This document shows, piece after piece, positions 12,531 through 25,327 of a stretch of 58,187 nt of DNA. The DNA lies in assembly GCF_006345805.1 (NCBI RefSeq), contig NW_021833643.1, forward strand, positions 1-58,187, given 5' to 3'. A program made the translations under genes and the position numbers. Each line of letters starts with the position of its first letter. Positions within the stretch are counted from its first letter, which is position 1. The notes below the pieces were generated by a model that was not told the DNA's origin, ran no database searches, and worked only from the letters and a program-made list of their open reading frames with translations. The DNA is from Octopus sinensis (lineage: Eukaryota).

Positions 12531-12870
12531 AGCGCCGCCTCGACTGGCTTCTGTGCCGGCGGTACATAAAAAGCACCATCCGAACGTGGCCGTTGCCAGC
12601 GCCGCCTTGGCTGGCTCCCGTGCTAGTGGCACGTTAAAAGCTCCAACCGATCGTGGCCGATGCCGGACCCCCCTGGCACCTGTGCAGGTGGCACGTAAAA
12701 AGCACCCACTACACTCGCGGAGTGGTTGGCGTTAGGAAGGGCATCCAGCTGTAGAAATTCTGCCAGATCAGACTGGAGCCTGGTGCAGCCCCTGGCTTCC
12801 CAGACCCCAGTCGAACCGTCCAACCCGTGCTAGCGCGGAAAACGGACGTTAAACGATGATGATGATGATG
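12531..12870 (+). mobile_element. RTE 3' tail, young copy
   Basis: CpG-rich, near-consensus; (GAT)n end. Confidence 0.85.
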
Positions 12871-13120
12871 TATAAAATTAGCTGTGATAAAGGTTGTTGT
12901 GTGATGAATATTATTGTGATAATTGTCGTGACAACAATAGGAAGGCTGGCGTTGTTTATTCCCACCACCATCACTCTCTCCAGCCGACTGTTAGTTCTCG
13001 ATCCACAAGACCAATGATAAAAATAGCTGTTTCAGTCAAAGAACAGCGCATACTTCTTTCAGATATGACATATCTAAGATTACATTTTCCAAAATATCCG
13101 TTTTTGTTTTACACCTGCAG

Positions 13121-13180
13121 GGTGTGATATTAGGGAAATGAAAATTCGACTGTTGTTTCTTGCATGGCGAGTGTCCACTT
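13121..13180 (+). other. Candidate plus-strand exon (contains ATG: MKIRLLFLAWRVST)
   Basis: tttttgttttacacctgcAG acceptor and T|GTAAGT donor; 60 nt; no homology evidence. Confidence 0.3.
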
Positions 13181-13784
13181 GTAAGTTCTTTCAATGGTGT
13201 CGATATATTTGTAAGCAAAACGATGATTCTCTATATATTTACAAAAATATAGAAACTCAAACCGTTCAAAGGGGAATAATAAATACAGGGGAAGTAACAA
13301 CGTTATATTTCAATTTTTTTTTTTTTAATTCTCTCTCTTCTAAATTTGCTGGGTTTACAAATTTTAAACTTCATACATAGAGAAAAGATAAAATTTTGCA
13401 CATGAAAATGAAGGAAAATAAATGAAGACATCGTTTTGTGAAATAGATTTTAAAAGTAAACGATAAGGCATTACTTAAGGACGAATGTTAACATTCTTGC
13501 TTAGTATGAAAGCAAGCATGTTAGCATTCAATTGCAGGAGACAAACAGACAGACAAGATAGATAGATAGACAAATAAATATTGTATGGAAGGATGAGGTA
13601 AGATGTCTGAATGACATGGCTACATCAGTAATAAATTCAATTGACGCAATTACTAATCTTGGATGAAAGAGACACTCTCCATCTTGAATGAACTTTTCTG
13701 CCTTGGATTGTAGTCAGGCTAACATACTACTTTGAAGGGTAAAATAAATTAACCCTATTTTTTAAAAAATTTAATTACTGGTAC

Positions 13785-14041
13785 TAATTCTATCGATGTC
13801 ATTTGCTGAACCACAAAGTTAACACCAGTTATCAAGTAGTGGTGTGTGACAAACACAAAGACTAAATGTGCACACACATATATATATATATGTTGGGCTT
13901 CTTTCAGTTTCCATTAACAAGGCCTTGATCAGACCAAGGCTATAACAGAAGACACCAGCCCAAGGTGCCATGCGATGGGACTGAACCCAGAACCATATAG
14001 TTAGGAAGCACACTTCTTACTTGCACAGCCAAGCCTGTGCC
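13785..14041 (-). mobile_element. SINE A, degraded
   Basis: Reverse-complement head and body. Confidence 0.7.
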
Positions 14042-14114
14042 TATAATAAATAAACATTTAAAAAAGGGGGAGAAGAAAAAGGGACAGATAGTCAATTGTG
14101 CTCTTCTATACCAG

Positions 14115-14227
14115 ACAGTACTCAACAAAATTTTCCACATAGTGCCACCCATACTGAAAGCTCTGCACTTAAATGTTCCAAAAACCAAAAGACTACTTTT
14201 AAACATTATAAATTTAACAACAATTTA
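14115..14227 (+). other. Candidate plus-strand exon in frame with 13121-13180
   Basis: ctcttctataccAG acceptor and A|GTAAGT donor; open in phase 1-0 (YSTQQNFPHSATHTESSALKCSKNQKTTFKHYKFNNNL). Confidence 0.28.
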
Positions 14228-14616
14228 GTAAGTTCTGGGAGAGAAAGGGCAGCATTTATTCCATAGCAAGTGCAAAGATGTAATCTTCAGAATTGATGGT
14301 AACAATAATTAAAACTGTGACAAAAAAATATATATATATTTGTACACATTATATTCTATGAGTAAATTGTATTATAGCGAGAGACCATTTCATGACCAAA
14401 GTGTTTGTTTTCATTTTACCGATATGCATGTGTGTATACACAAACACACAAACATACATACATACATACATGCACAAAAAACTGTTTGCAAAGCTGAAGA
14501 GAACTAAAAGCACTTAATTTACACAAAAAAAACAAAAATGGTATTTTCAACTTGTCTGTATCAATTTGTCTTATTAAAGTTATTTTTTTAAATAATTCTT
14601 AATTAAAAAAAAACAA

Positions 14617-15254
14617 GGATCTTTTCCTTTTGAACGGCAGACAATTTCTAGTTAACTAAACACTTTAAAACTTCGTATACTGGTAGAATGTGTCAAAATA
14701 AAACATTTTTTCTCTTGGCTTTCTTGAGAAAATTGTAATTTGTTTGTTTAACGTAGTTTAATTTTTCGAATTTTAACCAATCCTATGCTCTCTTTTGAGC
14801 TAAAATAATTTGCTGCATCTAAAACTGAGACAACATCCTGTAACTAACCCTAAACCTCCCCCCTAACCCTAACCCTAAATTTTTTTTTCTTAATTGTTAA
14901 ATTAATTTAATTGTTACGCATGTAAAAAAAACTAAAGCAATGGAATTAAATTAATTTAACAATTAAGGAAAAAAATTTAGGATTAGGGTTAGGGTTAGGG
15001 TTAGGGTTAGTTACAGGATGTTGTCTCAGTTTTAGACGTGGCAAATGATTTTAGTTGAATGGAGGTAATCGATTGGTTAAAATTGCCGAAATGCTCGGAT
15101 TTTCAGACGAAATATCTTACAAACTATAGAATTTTCTCAATAAAACCAAGAGAAAATGATGTTTTATAAACACATTCTACCAGTATACGAAGTTTAAAAG
15201 TGTTTAGTTAACTAGAAATTTTGTTGACATCTGCCGTTCAAAAGGAAAAGATCC
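14617..15254. mobile_element. Foldback DNA-transposon derivative with 8-bp TSD (AAAAACAA) and internal telomeric repeats
   Basis: Perfect 25-bp TIR GGATCTTTTCCTTTTGAACGGCAGA; imperfect arms of about 290 bp; CCCTAA left, (TTAGGG)4 right at 14983-15006. Confidence 0.85.
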
Positions 15255-15538
15255 AAAAACAATTTTTTTTTTAAAACACAGGCACAGACATACATGCATG
15301 CATGCATGCACACATGCAGGCACATGACACATACTCTGGGGATAGGAAGCCATCAAGCCAGAAGATAATGACCATAACAAGTAGTCAGACATTGTGAGAC
15401 CAGTGAAATTCAGGCCAGCATGGAAAAGACAGATATATATCAAAGATGATTGTACAAATATGAGGAGATGCTGAAAAGATTCTGGTTTGGGGTAAATGAA
15501 AATACAGGAAGATCGGCTAATTATGATTTTATTCAACA

Positions 15539-15938
15539 CTAGCAGTATCGCCCGGCGTTGCTCGGGTTTGTAAGGGAAATAACTATATAAGCATTTTTAG
15601 AGAGTTATAGCCAAAAAATAGCAAAAAAATGCATTAAAAAGGGAAAAAAAATGATGGTAATTTTTTTTTAAATCGTTGACTCATCGTAGACATTTTTAGA
15701 GAGTTACTTCCCTTATATAATAGCGAAAAAATGCATTAAAATGGGAAAAAATGATGGTAATTTTTTTTTAAATCCTTAGACTCATCGTAGACGCGCGCTA
15801 ATACCCAGAAGGGCTCGATATGAATCACGACTATAAGATACCCGGTTTTGGTTAAACTGCACCACAAAATGTGGGAGTAGTTAGGAATCTAAATCGTAGG
15901 AGACAGACAGCACACAACCTTACTTTTATATATAAAGA
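15539..15938 (-). mobile_element. Non-autonomous Helitron
   Basis: On minus: A|TC...cccgagcaacgccggg hairpin...CTAG|T, the canonical Helitron termini and AT target. Confidence 0.85.
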
Positions 15939-16286
15939 TATTCCCCTCTCAGTTTCACACACTTATTGCAGCGGTCCTTCAATTTTTCTTAAGCGTAAAA
16001 AAACTCAGAAGGTTGGGCCCTACAACAAGGCCTTTTGAGAAACCATAAAGCCCAGGAACTTTTCAGCAACCCCCTCGGATGTACATACATACGACAATGA
16101 AATGAAATGAGGAGTTTACATAAGGAGCGATACACATACATAAATTTGAAGACAGAACCAGCGTACATAGACACAAAAGCACATTCATCATATTTTAACT
16201 AAGAAAATAAGAGAATGAAAGAAAAAGAAAAAGAAAAGAACTTCAGTACATGCACATAGAACACACTTCGAACCGTAGAAGAAATA

Positions 16287-16325
<39 letters not shown>

Positions 16326-16400
16326 GACACAAAATTGAAAGCGATTCATGCAAACTAAGTTGATACACACATGGTGAAAATAAACGGAATTACAACTTAC

Positions 16401-16421
16401 CACTTGGATCAACGTAAGCAT
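16401..16421 (-). CDS. Candidate 21-nt microexon (D-AYVDPS-G), phase 1-1
   Basis: ggccttttttcaattAG|ATGCTTACGTTGATCCAAGTG|GTAAGT; phase matches the FAMeT exon donor. Confidence 0.45.
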
Positions 16422-17282
16422 CTAATTGAAAAAAGGCCATATAAGTTAAAATATCTTATATCACTTTCAATATTCTAGACTATTATATGATATATAATTT
16501 ATGACACAATTTAACAATGTGTGTGTGTGTGTGTGTGTATGATACCCTATCTATATAAGCTACATTTCATATTTTTTAAGCAGTTCTTTATAGATTAAAT
16601 CAATAGTGGAAAATGGAAACAAAAGGATGAATTGCCAAAAAAATTGTCACTTATTTCGAAAATTATTTATAACAGCTTAGCCCTCTTGTGACACCCAGGC
16701 CAATTGATTGGCCCAAGCTGAAAGGACTTTGAGACAGATCCATTGGCCTGATGGAACAACTGTTGTGAACGGTTAGTTTTGAAGTGTAATAGCCAATCAG
16801 AGATCGTCTTTCAGTAGATGTATCTCATTACAAAAAACAATTTTGGTCTTTTTGGTTACACATATCAAAACGCCATGTGCCTGAAAAGGGTTAAAATAAA
16901 CCCTAACAGGGGAGAGAATTAGCATTTAGCATCCTGTTGAAAAATTTTAAAGTCAATAACCCAATTCTGTAATGATTCTGTCACAGAATAAAAATGATTG
17001 ATATAAGAAGGCTTAGAGTTGTCTCCCTTACATTTAAGACCACTCAATTTCTTTAGAATGAATGTAAGTAAAGTTGGTATGATTCTTGTGATATCATGCA
17101 TTTCAGGACAGTCTAACTGATGTAGTCAGGTGTGGTATTGTGTCATATAAGAAGCTAAGAAATAAAAAATGATCGGAAATTCTTGCTTTCTTGCTTCAGC
17201 AATATGCGAATGACTTAATTTTATTAACAGAGCCTCAATGATTTAGTTGGATTTACCATTTTATAAGTATATATATCTTTTT

Positions 17283-17679
17283 TGAGTGGCTGTGTGGTAA
17301 GTAGCTTGTTTACCAACCACATGGTTCCGGGTTCAGTCCCACTGCGTGGCATCTTGGGCAAGTGTCTTCTACTATAGCCCCGGGCCGACCAATGCCTTGT
17401 GAGTAGATTTGGTAGACGGAAACTGAAAGAAGCCCGTCGTATATGTGTATATATATAGGTGTATGTATGTTTGTGTCTGTGTTTGTCCCCCTAGCATTGC
17501 TTGACAACCGATGTTGGTGTGTTTACATCCCCGTCACTTAGCGGTTCGGCAAAAGAGACTGATAGAATAAGTACTGGGCTTACAAAGAATAAGTCCTGGA
17601 GTCGAGTTGCTCGATTAAAGGTGATGCTCCAGCATGGCCGCAGTCAAATGACTGAAACAAGTAAAAGAGTAAAAGAGTA
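17283..17679 (+). mobile_element. SINE A, full length
   Basis: Near-consensus. Confidence 0.9.
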
Positions 17680-17689
17680 TGTACATAGG

Positions 17690-18008
17690 AAGGTGTGTGG
17701 CTAAGTGGTTAGGGCATTCAGCTCATGATCATAAGGTTGTGAGTTCAATTCCCAGCAATGCATTGTGTCCTTGAGCCAGACACTTTATTTCACGTTGCTC
17801 CAGTCCACTCAGCTGACAAAAATGAGTTGTACCTGTATTTCAAAGGGCCAGCCTTGTCACACTCTGTGTCACACTGAATCTCCCTGAGAACTATGCTAAG
17901 AGTACATGTGTCTGTGGAGTGCTCAGCCACTTGCATGTTAATTTCATGAGCAGGCTGTTCCGTTGATCCTATCAGCTGGAATCCTCATCATCATAACTGA
18001 CGGAGTGC
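17690..18008 (+). mobile_element. SINE family C (tRNA head, tccttgagc.agacacttt...gttgctccagt)
   Basis: Matches 29532-29902(-) and 32893-33213(-); head-sharing variants near 22370-22635(-), 35040-35345(-) and 57735-57860. Confidence 0.8.
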
Positions 18009-18042
18009 CCCATGCATGTACATATGTCTATATGCACATACA

Positions 18043-18231
18043 TACTCTTTTACTTGTTTCAGTCATTTGACTGTGGCCATGCTGGAGCACCGCCTTTAGT
18101 CGAGCAAATCGACCCCGGGACTTATTCTTTGTAAGCCCAGTACTTATTCTATCGGTCTCTTTTACCGAACCGCTAAGTGACGGGGACGTAAACACACCAG
18201 CATCGGTTGTGAAGCAATGCTAGGGGGACAA

Positions 18232-18280
<49 letters not shown>

Positions 18281-18450
18281 CACATATATACGACAGGCTT
18301 CTTTCAGTTTCCGTCTACCAAATCCACTCACAAGGCATTGGTCGGCCCGGGGCTATGGTAGAAGACACTTGCCCAAGATGCCACGCAGTGGGACTGAACC
18401 CGGAACCATGTGGTTGATTAGCAAGCTACTTACCACACAGCCACTCCTGC
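18043..18450 (-). mobile_element. SINE A, full length
   Basis: Near-consensus reverse complement. Confidence 0.9.
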
Positions 18451-19147
18451 GTGTGTGACTGTGTGTAAAAGTGATATGTATTGTGTGTAAAAGATATGTA
18501 TTCATATAAATATACTTTGTGTGTGCGTATGTGTCCCATAAAGGAAAAATTCAATCATCACTAAATGTGACTAAGAATGCTGAGACACCGACATTGCTAG
18601 AAATAGGAGTAATATACTCTTTGCACTGTAGGAAGAGTGCAAATGTATACACATATGCTGATAGAGGAAGGAACTACCCCATGACCAAATCGAGAATCTG
18701 ACTAAACGTCTAGTTTGCCATATTTCCATACATTTCATCAGTGAGAGCCACCAAATCAGCTGGTGTCAGCTAATTTTGCCAGTCAGCATATATGTATTTG
18801 CCATAGAAATCAATGGATGATTTAGTGGAATGCTAAAGCACGTAGAAAAAATTAATATAAACAGCCAGGCACGATATAATATCATAAAGGTAAAATTCAA
18901 TCATAACTAAATGTAACTAAGGGTCAGATATGGACTATATAGACACAGGCATGGCTATATGGTTAAGAAGTTTGCTTCCTTATTATGAGGCTCCAGGTTC
19001 AGTTCTAAGGTGGCACTTTGGGAAAGCATTTCCTGCTATAGCCCTAGGTCATCCAAAGTGGATTTGGTCGATGGAAACTGGAAAAAACCCATCATGTACG
19101 TATTTATGCATGCATGCATGCGTGTACAGATACCATATATATGTATG

Positions 19148-19191
<44 letters not shown>

Positions 19192-19421
19192 GGCGAGCTG
19201 GCAGAAACGTTAGCACACCTGGTGAAATGCTTGGCAGTATTTCGTCTGCCGTTACGTTCTGAGTTCAAATTCCGCCGAGGTCGACTTTGCCTTTCATCCT
19301 TTCGGGGTCGATTAAATAAGTACCAGTTACGCACTGGGGTTGATATAATTGACTTAATCCGTTTGTCTGTCCTTGTTTGTCCCCCTCTGTGTTTAGCCCC
19401 TTGTGGGTAGTAAAAGAAATA
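19192..19421 (+). mobile_element. SINE family B (tRNA-like head ggcgagctggcagaaacg...gagttcaaattcc)
   Basis: Matches copies near 6998, 10130, 11695, 23263, 37482(-), 57487 and 57910. Confidence 0.85.
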
Positions 19422-21114
19422 TATATATATCCCCCTCTCTCTCTCTTGGAGAGGCACAAGCACCTACACACACATATACACACATGGCAGTTAAGTTCCG
19501 CCTACCAAATTCAATCACAAAGTTTCGGTTGGCCCGGGACCATACCAGAAGACACTTGCCCAAAGTGCCACACAGTGGGACTGAACCTGAAACCATGTAG
19601 CTGGGAAACAAGCTTCCTAACCACGCATATATCTAACCAGTGTGTTTTCTTTTTTTTAACTGTCCTTTTACTTTGAATGAAGAACCCACTCTGAATAAAA
19701 TGGTAAATTTTAAAAGGCGCCAAAAATAATTTTTTACTACTAGTTGCTGTTAACTCTTCAAGGTACCAAAGTGTTTAATTTTGTTATTATCCTCATCATC
19801 ATTATTATTATTATTATTATTATTGTTGTTGTTGTTGTTGAAATTATTTGTGCTCATTTAAATTAGTTTCCTTTCATTATTTAAATTGTATTTTTGATAT
19901 TTTATTTACAATATTGCTGCAAAACTTTGATTTATCATCTGACATTCTCAGTTTAAAGCAAACGGCAAAATGGAATTCATATACGCCACGTATATCTCCA
20001 TTAAATTACACTGGCCAAAACAACATTTTCCACAAGTAATATAAATGTTGCTTCTCTCGTTCAATTAGAAATTGATCTCAAGCAATTTAGGTACAATTAT
20101 GTTGTGAGCATTATATTAAAAAAAAGAACAGGCTTGATGTATTTGATAATATTTTACACTCCATCAGTTAAAAGGATCCTTATCAGTTTCTACTGAAATT
20201 ATTTTGAAATTGTTAGTCGTTAGTAAAAAATGAAAGCTTAAAAAAAACTCATTAGTCACAATGAACTTATTCATTACTAACACACACACGTTTTTTCTTT
20301 CTTTTTTCTTTTTTCTTTTTTTATATTTATATTACATGAGTTAAATAAAATAGAGTAGGGTGTATTCAATAATGAAAGCTTTAGTACTATAACATGGTTT
20401 CATTTTCTGAAAAATTTCAAATGCTGTTGTCTCAAATTTTCATAAATGGAACGGTAATTTCTGATGCAAACATAATGCAATTACAAATGCAAGCAAATTA
20501 CATTCATAATTATATTTATTATGTACACAGTCGTCATTTGAATTGGAACCATGTAACGAAGTGTAATAGCATTCATTTTTGTTTTTACATTCTCACCCTT
20601 CTCCCAATTTTCATTCTTGCTTTTCTTTATTTTTCCCCACCCCCCATACTGGTGGGGTTTTTTTTTTTTTTTTTTCATTTTTTCAATTACTCAACCTCAT
20701 GCACTTTTCCAGGTGAAAGAGGAGGAGGAGAGAAAGACAAACAAAGAAAAAAAAGAAAGGAAACTGTGTGAAAGACAAACCAGCCTCTCTATTAATAATT
20801 AACAAACAGTAAAGAAGTAATATATAAGATCAAACAAAACAAAACAAAACAAACAGAAATAAGGATAAAGCTATCTAAAGAGGGAAGGGTCTAAAGATTA
20901 ATTACAGAATTAGAGAACTCTTTATTTTGTTCTTTTATTTGTTTCAGTCATTCAGTGGCCATGTTGGAGTAATGCCTAGGAAGATTTTAGTCAAGCAGAT
21001 CGATCCCAAGGCTATTTTTTAAGTGTGGTACTTACTCTATTGGTCACTTTTGCTGAACCACTGTATTAAGGGGGACATAAACAAACAAACACTGGTTGTC
21101 TAGTTTGGGAAGCA

Positions 21115-21408
21115 TCATTTGAGTGTAGTTGATGCCAGTGCTGCCTGACTAGCACCTCCTGTACCTGTAGCACATAAAAAAGCACCATTTAAGCGTGGTC
21201 GATGCCGGTGCCCTCTGAATGACTCGCATGCCGGTGTCATGTAGAAAGCACCCACTATACTCTCGGGGTGGTGGGCATTAGGAAGGGCATCCAGCTATAG
21301 AAACCTTGCCAAATCAGAATAGAGCCTGGTGCTGCCTCTAGGCTTGCCAATCCTCAGTTAAACCATCCAATCCATGCCAGCATGGAAAGCAGACATTAAA
21401 CGATGATA
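21115..21408 (+). mobile_element. RTE 3' tail, diverged
   Basis: Family core ggaagggcatccagct and end ttaaacgatgat. Confidence 0.75.
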
Positions 21409-21423
21409 TATATATATATATAT

Positions 21424-21675
21424 ACTTTTACTTGTTTCAGTCATTTGACTGTGGCCATGCTGGAGCACCACCCTTTAGTTGAGCAAATTGACCCCAGGAC
21501 TTATTCTTTAGAAGCCTAGTACCTATTCTATCAGTCTCTTTTGCTGAACCACTAAGTTACGGGGACGTAAACACACCACCATCGTTATCGGTTGTCAAGT
21601 GATGTTGGGGGAACAAACACAGACACACAAACATATACACACAGATACATACATATATGTATGCATGTATATATA

Positions 21676-21716
<41 letters not shown>

Positions 21717-21827
21717 ATGGGCTTCTTTATATATATATATATATATACAATGGGCTTCTTTCAGTTTCCATCTACCAAATCCATTCACAAGGCTTTGGTT
21801 GGTAAGCAAGCTACTTACCACACAGCC
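21424..21827 (-). mobile_element. SINE A with internal deletion and local duplication
   Basis: Reverse-complement tail, body and partial head; tacacaatgggcttcttt duplicated. Confidence 0.8.
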
Positions 21828-22094
21828 TAATCAATGAAATTCCAACTTAATCTGATTTTCACGTTTTATTATTTGCAAGTTTTTACAATATTGAAATAAA
21901 CCAGTACTTTCATGCATTACACAATCATCAGGTTTATGTAGTGACAGCCATGTTCCACAATTGACAACTGTCACAACATAAACCTGAAGATTGCATATTA
22001 CATGAAAGTACTAGTTTATTTCAATATTGTAAAATTGTAAAAATTGTAAATACTGAAACATGAAAATCCGACCAAGTTGGAATTTCATTGATTA
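21828..22094. mobile_element. Foldback MITE (near-complete palindrome, TA ends)
   Basis: taatcaatgaaattccaactt...aagttggaatttcattgatta with arms paired to the centre. Confidence 0.7.
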
Positions 22095-22140
22095 ATATAT
22101 TCATCTACATACAATCATACAAACTCAGATATATATATAT

Positions 22141-22172
<32 letters not shown>

Positions 22173-23262
22173 ATATATATATGTATATATATATGACAAG
22201 CTTCCATCCATTTTTTGTCTACCAATTTACTCACAAGCCATTAGTTACCCTGGAGCTATAGTAGAAGACACTAACCCAAGGCATCATACAGTTGAACTGC
22301 ATCTGAAATCATGTGCTTGCAAAGTGAACTATTTAATCACATAACCATGCTTGCACTTAGAAAGTTTCCCTCCACGGAACAAGTCCAGGCAAGGTTGCTT
22401 ATGGAAGACCAGCTGTCATCTATGCATACCGGCTTCCCCTCTCCATGCCACTAACGTTATCCCAGGGAAAGGCAAAAGCTGATACGGCTTGGCACCAATA
22501 ATGTTGTATCTTTTTTCTACAACTGAGTGAACTGGAGCAACGTGAAATAAAGTGTTTTGCTCAAGAACAAAACACAGAGCCTAGTCTGGGATTTGAACTC
22601 ACTACCTCATGACTGTGAGCCCAATGCTCTAACCACAGAGCCTTGTACCCTCACACACCTAAAATACAAGATACATATATACTGATATGAGGTAGATGAA
22701 ATTTACTGAGGCAGATATTCTATGGCCTGATATTCTTCCTGCCACCAACTTTTATGCTTTAATTCCACAGTTTCTCACACATCAAAACTATTAAAGCCAA
22801 TGAAATTCTGGGGCTTTTGTTTACCCAAGAATGGAAAGAATTTCACTCCTGTTAATGAAATCAATACACACACACACACACATGTATACATGGGCTTCCT
22901 CACAATCTCCAACTACTGTTCCACTCACAAGGCATTGGTCAACTCAAAGCTATAGTAAAAAAAAAACATTTGCCCAAAGATGCCATACATGGCTGTGAAG
23001 CAAACTTCATAACCATACAACCAAGCACACACATACACATACTTACATACACAGCAATAAAGCTAACAACAGGCATGATGATAACATCAATGTGCCTGGC
23101 AACACAACATCAACCAATCGTCTCATCTTGAAACCAGCAATTATATTATTGGTTCTAACTGGAATGGTGATTTAACAGATAATTCTACAAGCATTAAAGA
23201 TAGCTGATTGAAAACTCATTCATAGACCCCCAATATTGCACAAACCAGCCTATGCTTTAAGG

Positions 23263-23651
23263 CAGCAAGCTGGCAGAATTGTTTGCATGCCGGATGAAAT
23301 GCTTAGTGATATTTTGTCTGCGTTACGTTGTGAGTTCAAATTCCGCCGAGGTCGACTTTGCTTTTCATCCTTTCGGGGTCGATAAATTAAGTACCAGTTA
23401 CGCACTGGGGTCGATGTAATCGACTTAATACCTATGTCTGTCCTTGTTTGTCTGCTCTGTGTTTAGCCCCTTGTGGGTAATAAAGAAATAGGTATTTGTC
23501 TGCCACTATGTTCTGAGTTCAAATTCCACCAAGGTCGACTGATATTCATTCTTTCAGGGTCGATTAAATAAGTACCAGTTGTGCACTGGGGTCAATGTAA
23601 TCGACTTAATCCATTTGTCTGTGTTTAGCCCCTTGTGGGCAATAAAGAAAT
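23263..23651 (+). mobile_element. SINE B with tandem duplicated 3' two-thirds
   Basis: Two gtcgac..aagtaccagtt..gccccttgtggg blocks. Confidence 0.8.
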
Positions 23652-23834
23652 ATATGTTTTACAAACCCCATCCTAAAGGTGGTTAACCATAGGGGCCATA
23701 GTACTGCAATTGATCAGTTATATATTTTGGCAGAGTATCCCTTCTATGATTTTTTTCTTCTTTTATCGTCATTATCATCATTACTCAACATCCATTTTCC
23801 ATGGTCCAGCCTTGATACATTGTGTTCACACTGA

Positions 23835-24290
23835 TACATCATCATCATTGCTGTCGTCATCATTGTCATTGTCATCATTGCCATCATCATCATCGTTGTC
23901 ATCATTGCCATCATCATAATAGTCATCAGCATTGTCATCGTCATCATTGTCGCCATCATCATCATCATCATCATTATCGTCATCATTGTCATAATCATCA
24001 TCTTCGTGATCATCATTGCCATCATCAGCATTGTCATCATCGTTATCATAATTGTCATCATTATCATCAGCATCATCTTTGTCATTATCATAATTGTTGC
24101 CATCATCATTTTCATTATCATCATCATCATCATCATTATAATCATTGTCATCATTATAGTCATTGTTATAATCATCATCATCATTATAATCATCGTCATC
24201 ATTATAATCATCATCATCATTATAATCATCGTCACCTTCATTATCATCATCATTGTCATCGTTATCGTTGTCATCATCGTCATCGTCATT
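23835..24290. repeat. Degenerate (CAT)n/(TAT)/(TGT) array
   Basis: Direct reading. Confidence 0.9.
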
Positions 24291-24490
24291 TAATGACAGT
24301 TTTCCATGCTGTCATTGGTCGGATGGTTTGACAGGGTCAAGCAAGCTACAGGGCTGTTTTGAGTTTCAATATCAGCCTTAGAACAATTTCTATGGCTAGA
24401 TGCCCTTCCTAATACTAACTACTTTACTGTGTGGGTTGGCTGCTGTTTAAAGTGACACCAGCACTAGTGAGGTTGCCAAGCAATTTGCAA
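24280..24490 (-). mobile_element. RTE 3' tail, diverged, abutting the long (CAT)n array
   Basis: tttccatgctg...ggctagatgcccttcctaatactaac. Confidence 0.65.
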
Positions 24491-24773
24491 GACAGAAAGG
24501 AAAAAGAAAAAGAGAGAAGAAAAAGGAGAGGCTGAAAAACCTCCATGACTAAGAAGAGCAGAGAGTATTTGAGAGGAGGAGGAGGAGATAGCTTTATGCT
24601 AGAAGTTGAAAGACTGAAGTATAATAAGAGGGACAAGCACAGGTGCCTTGCTATGGAGGAGGTTGCATGGCTTAGAGAAACAAACGAAGAAACATTCAAA
24701 TAAATGGTAAAACAGGGAATTTATATATAAAAATAAAAATACAAACAAATACAAATAATCAACAATAACTCAC

Positions 24774-25220
24774 CAAGCAGTTCCACAAACTCCCATCTTC
24801 CCTTTGAAGCTTTTCCAGTAGAGACGGCAAGACAGTTTATATTGAACTGCTTATTTGGTGGGACATGCCAATGAAGGAATCTTCCTTGGCCGTGTTTCTT
24901 GCCTCGACCCACCTCAATGTGATGGTTCAACCAGCTCACCCAGAAGTATCGAAACTCTTTGCTGCTCAAGATGTTCATCGTCATTGATTCAGCCCGGATT
25001 GAACCCAATGATCCCTCTCTAATCAGTGAACGTTTGTTGTTCTCACCGATGACGATTTCATGGGTTTTGCTTTGCAGCTCACTGTACATGGCCGAGAGCG
25101 CAATGTGTGCATCGCCGGCCGCTTTCAGTTGGAATGTCAGGAAGGATTTGTTGTTAACAGGAACTTCAGGAACAAGTTGATAGTTGTATGAGTCGGGAGT
25201 GATAACTGTTATAAAACTTT
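24774..25220 (-). CDS. Internal exon encoding a complete farnesoic-acid-O-methyltransferase-like (Methyltransf_FA) domain
   Basis: Acceptor ttattacAG at 25222-25221 and donor G|GTGAGT at 24773; 447 nt, phase 1-1, open. Peptide has the family motifs FQLKAAGDAHIALS, HEIVIG, EFRYFWVSW, IEVGRG and STG..KGRWEF (recognised from memory, not searched). Confidence 0.88.
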
Positions 25221-25327
25221 CTGTAATAAAATAATTGAATGAAAATGATAAAATGTTATTTAAAAAAGGAGAAATGTACATATAAATTTATTGAGTCTAA
25301 GACATATATATATATATATATATATAT

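Noticed and set aside
12962-13018. Candidate terminal exon of the minus gene (AIFIIGLVDRELTVGWRE*)
   Set aside because: Phase fits but the acceptor is mediocre and nothing else supports it.
14840-15010. Head-to-head telomeric repeats as a chromosome-fusion scar
   Set aside because: They lie symmetrically within the arms of a TIR/TSD-bounded element.
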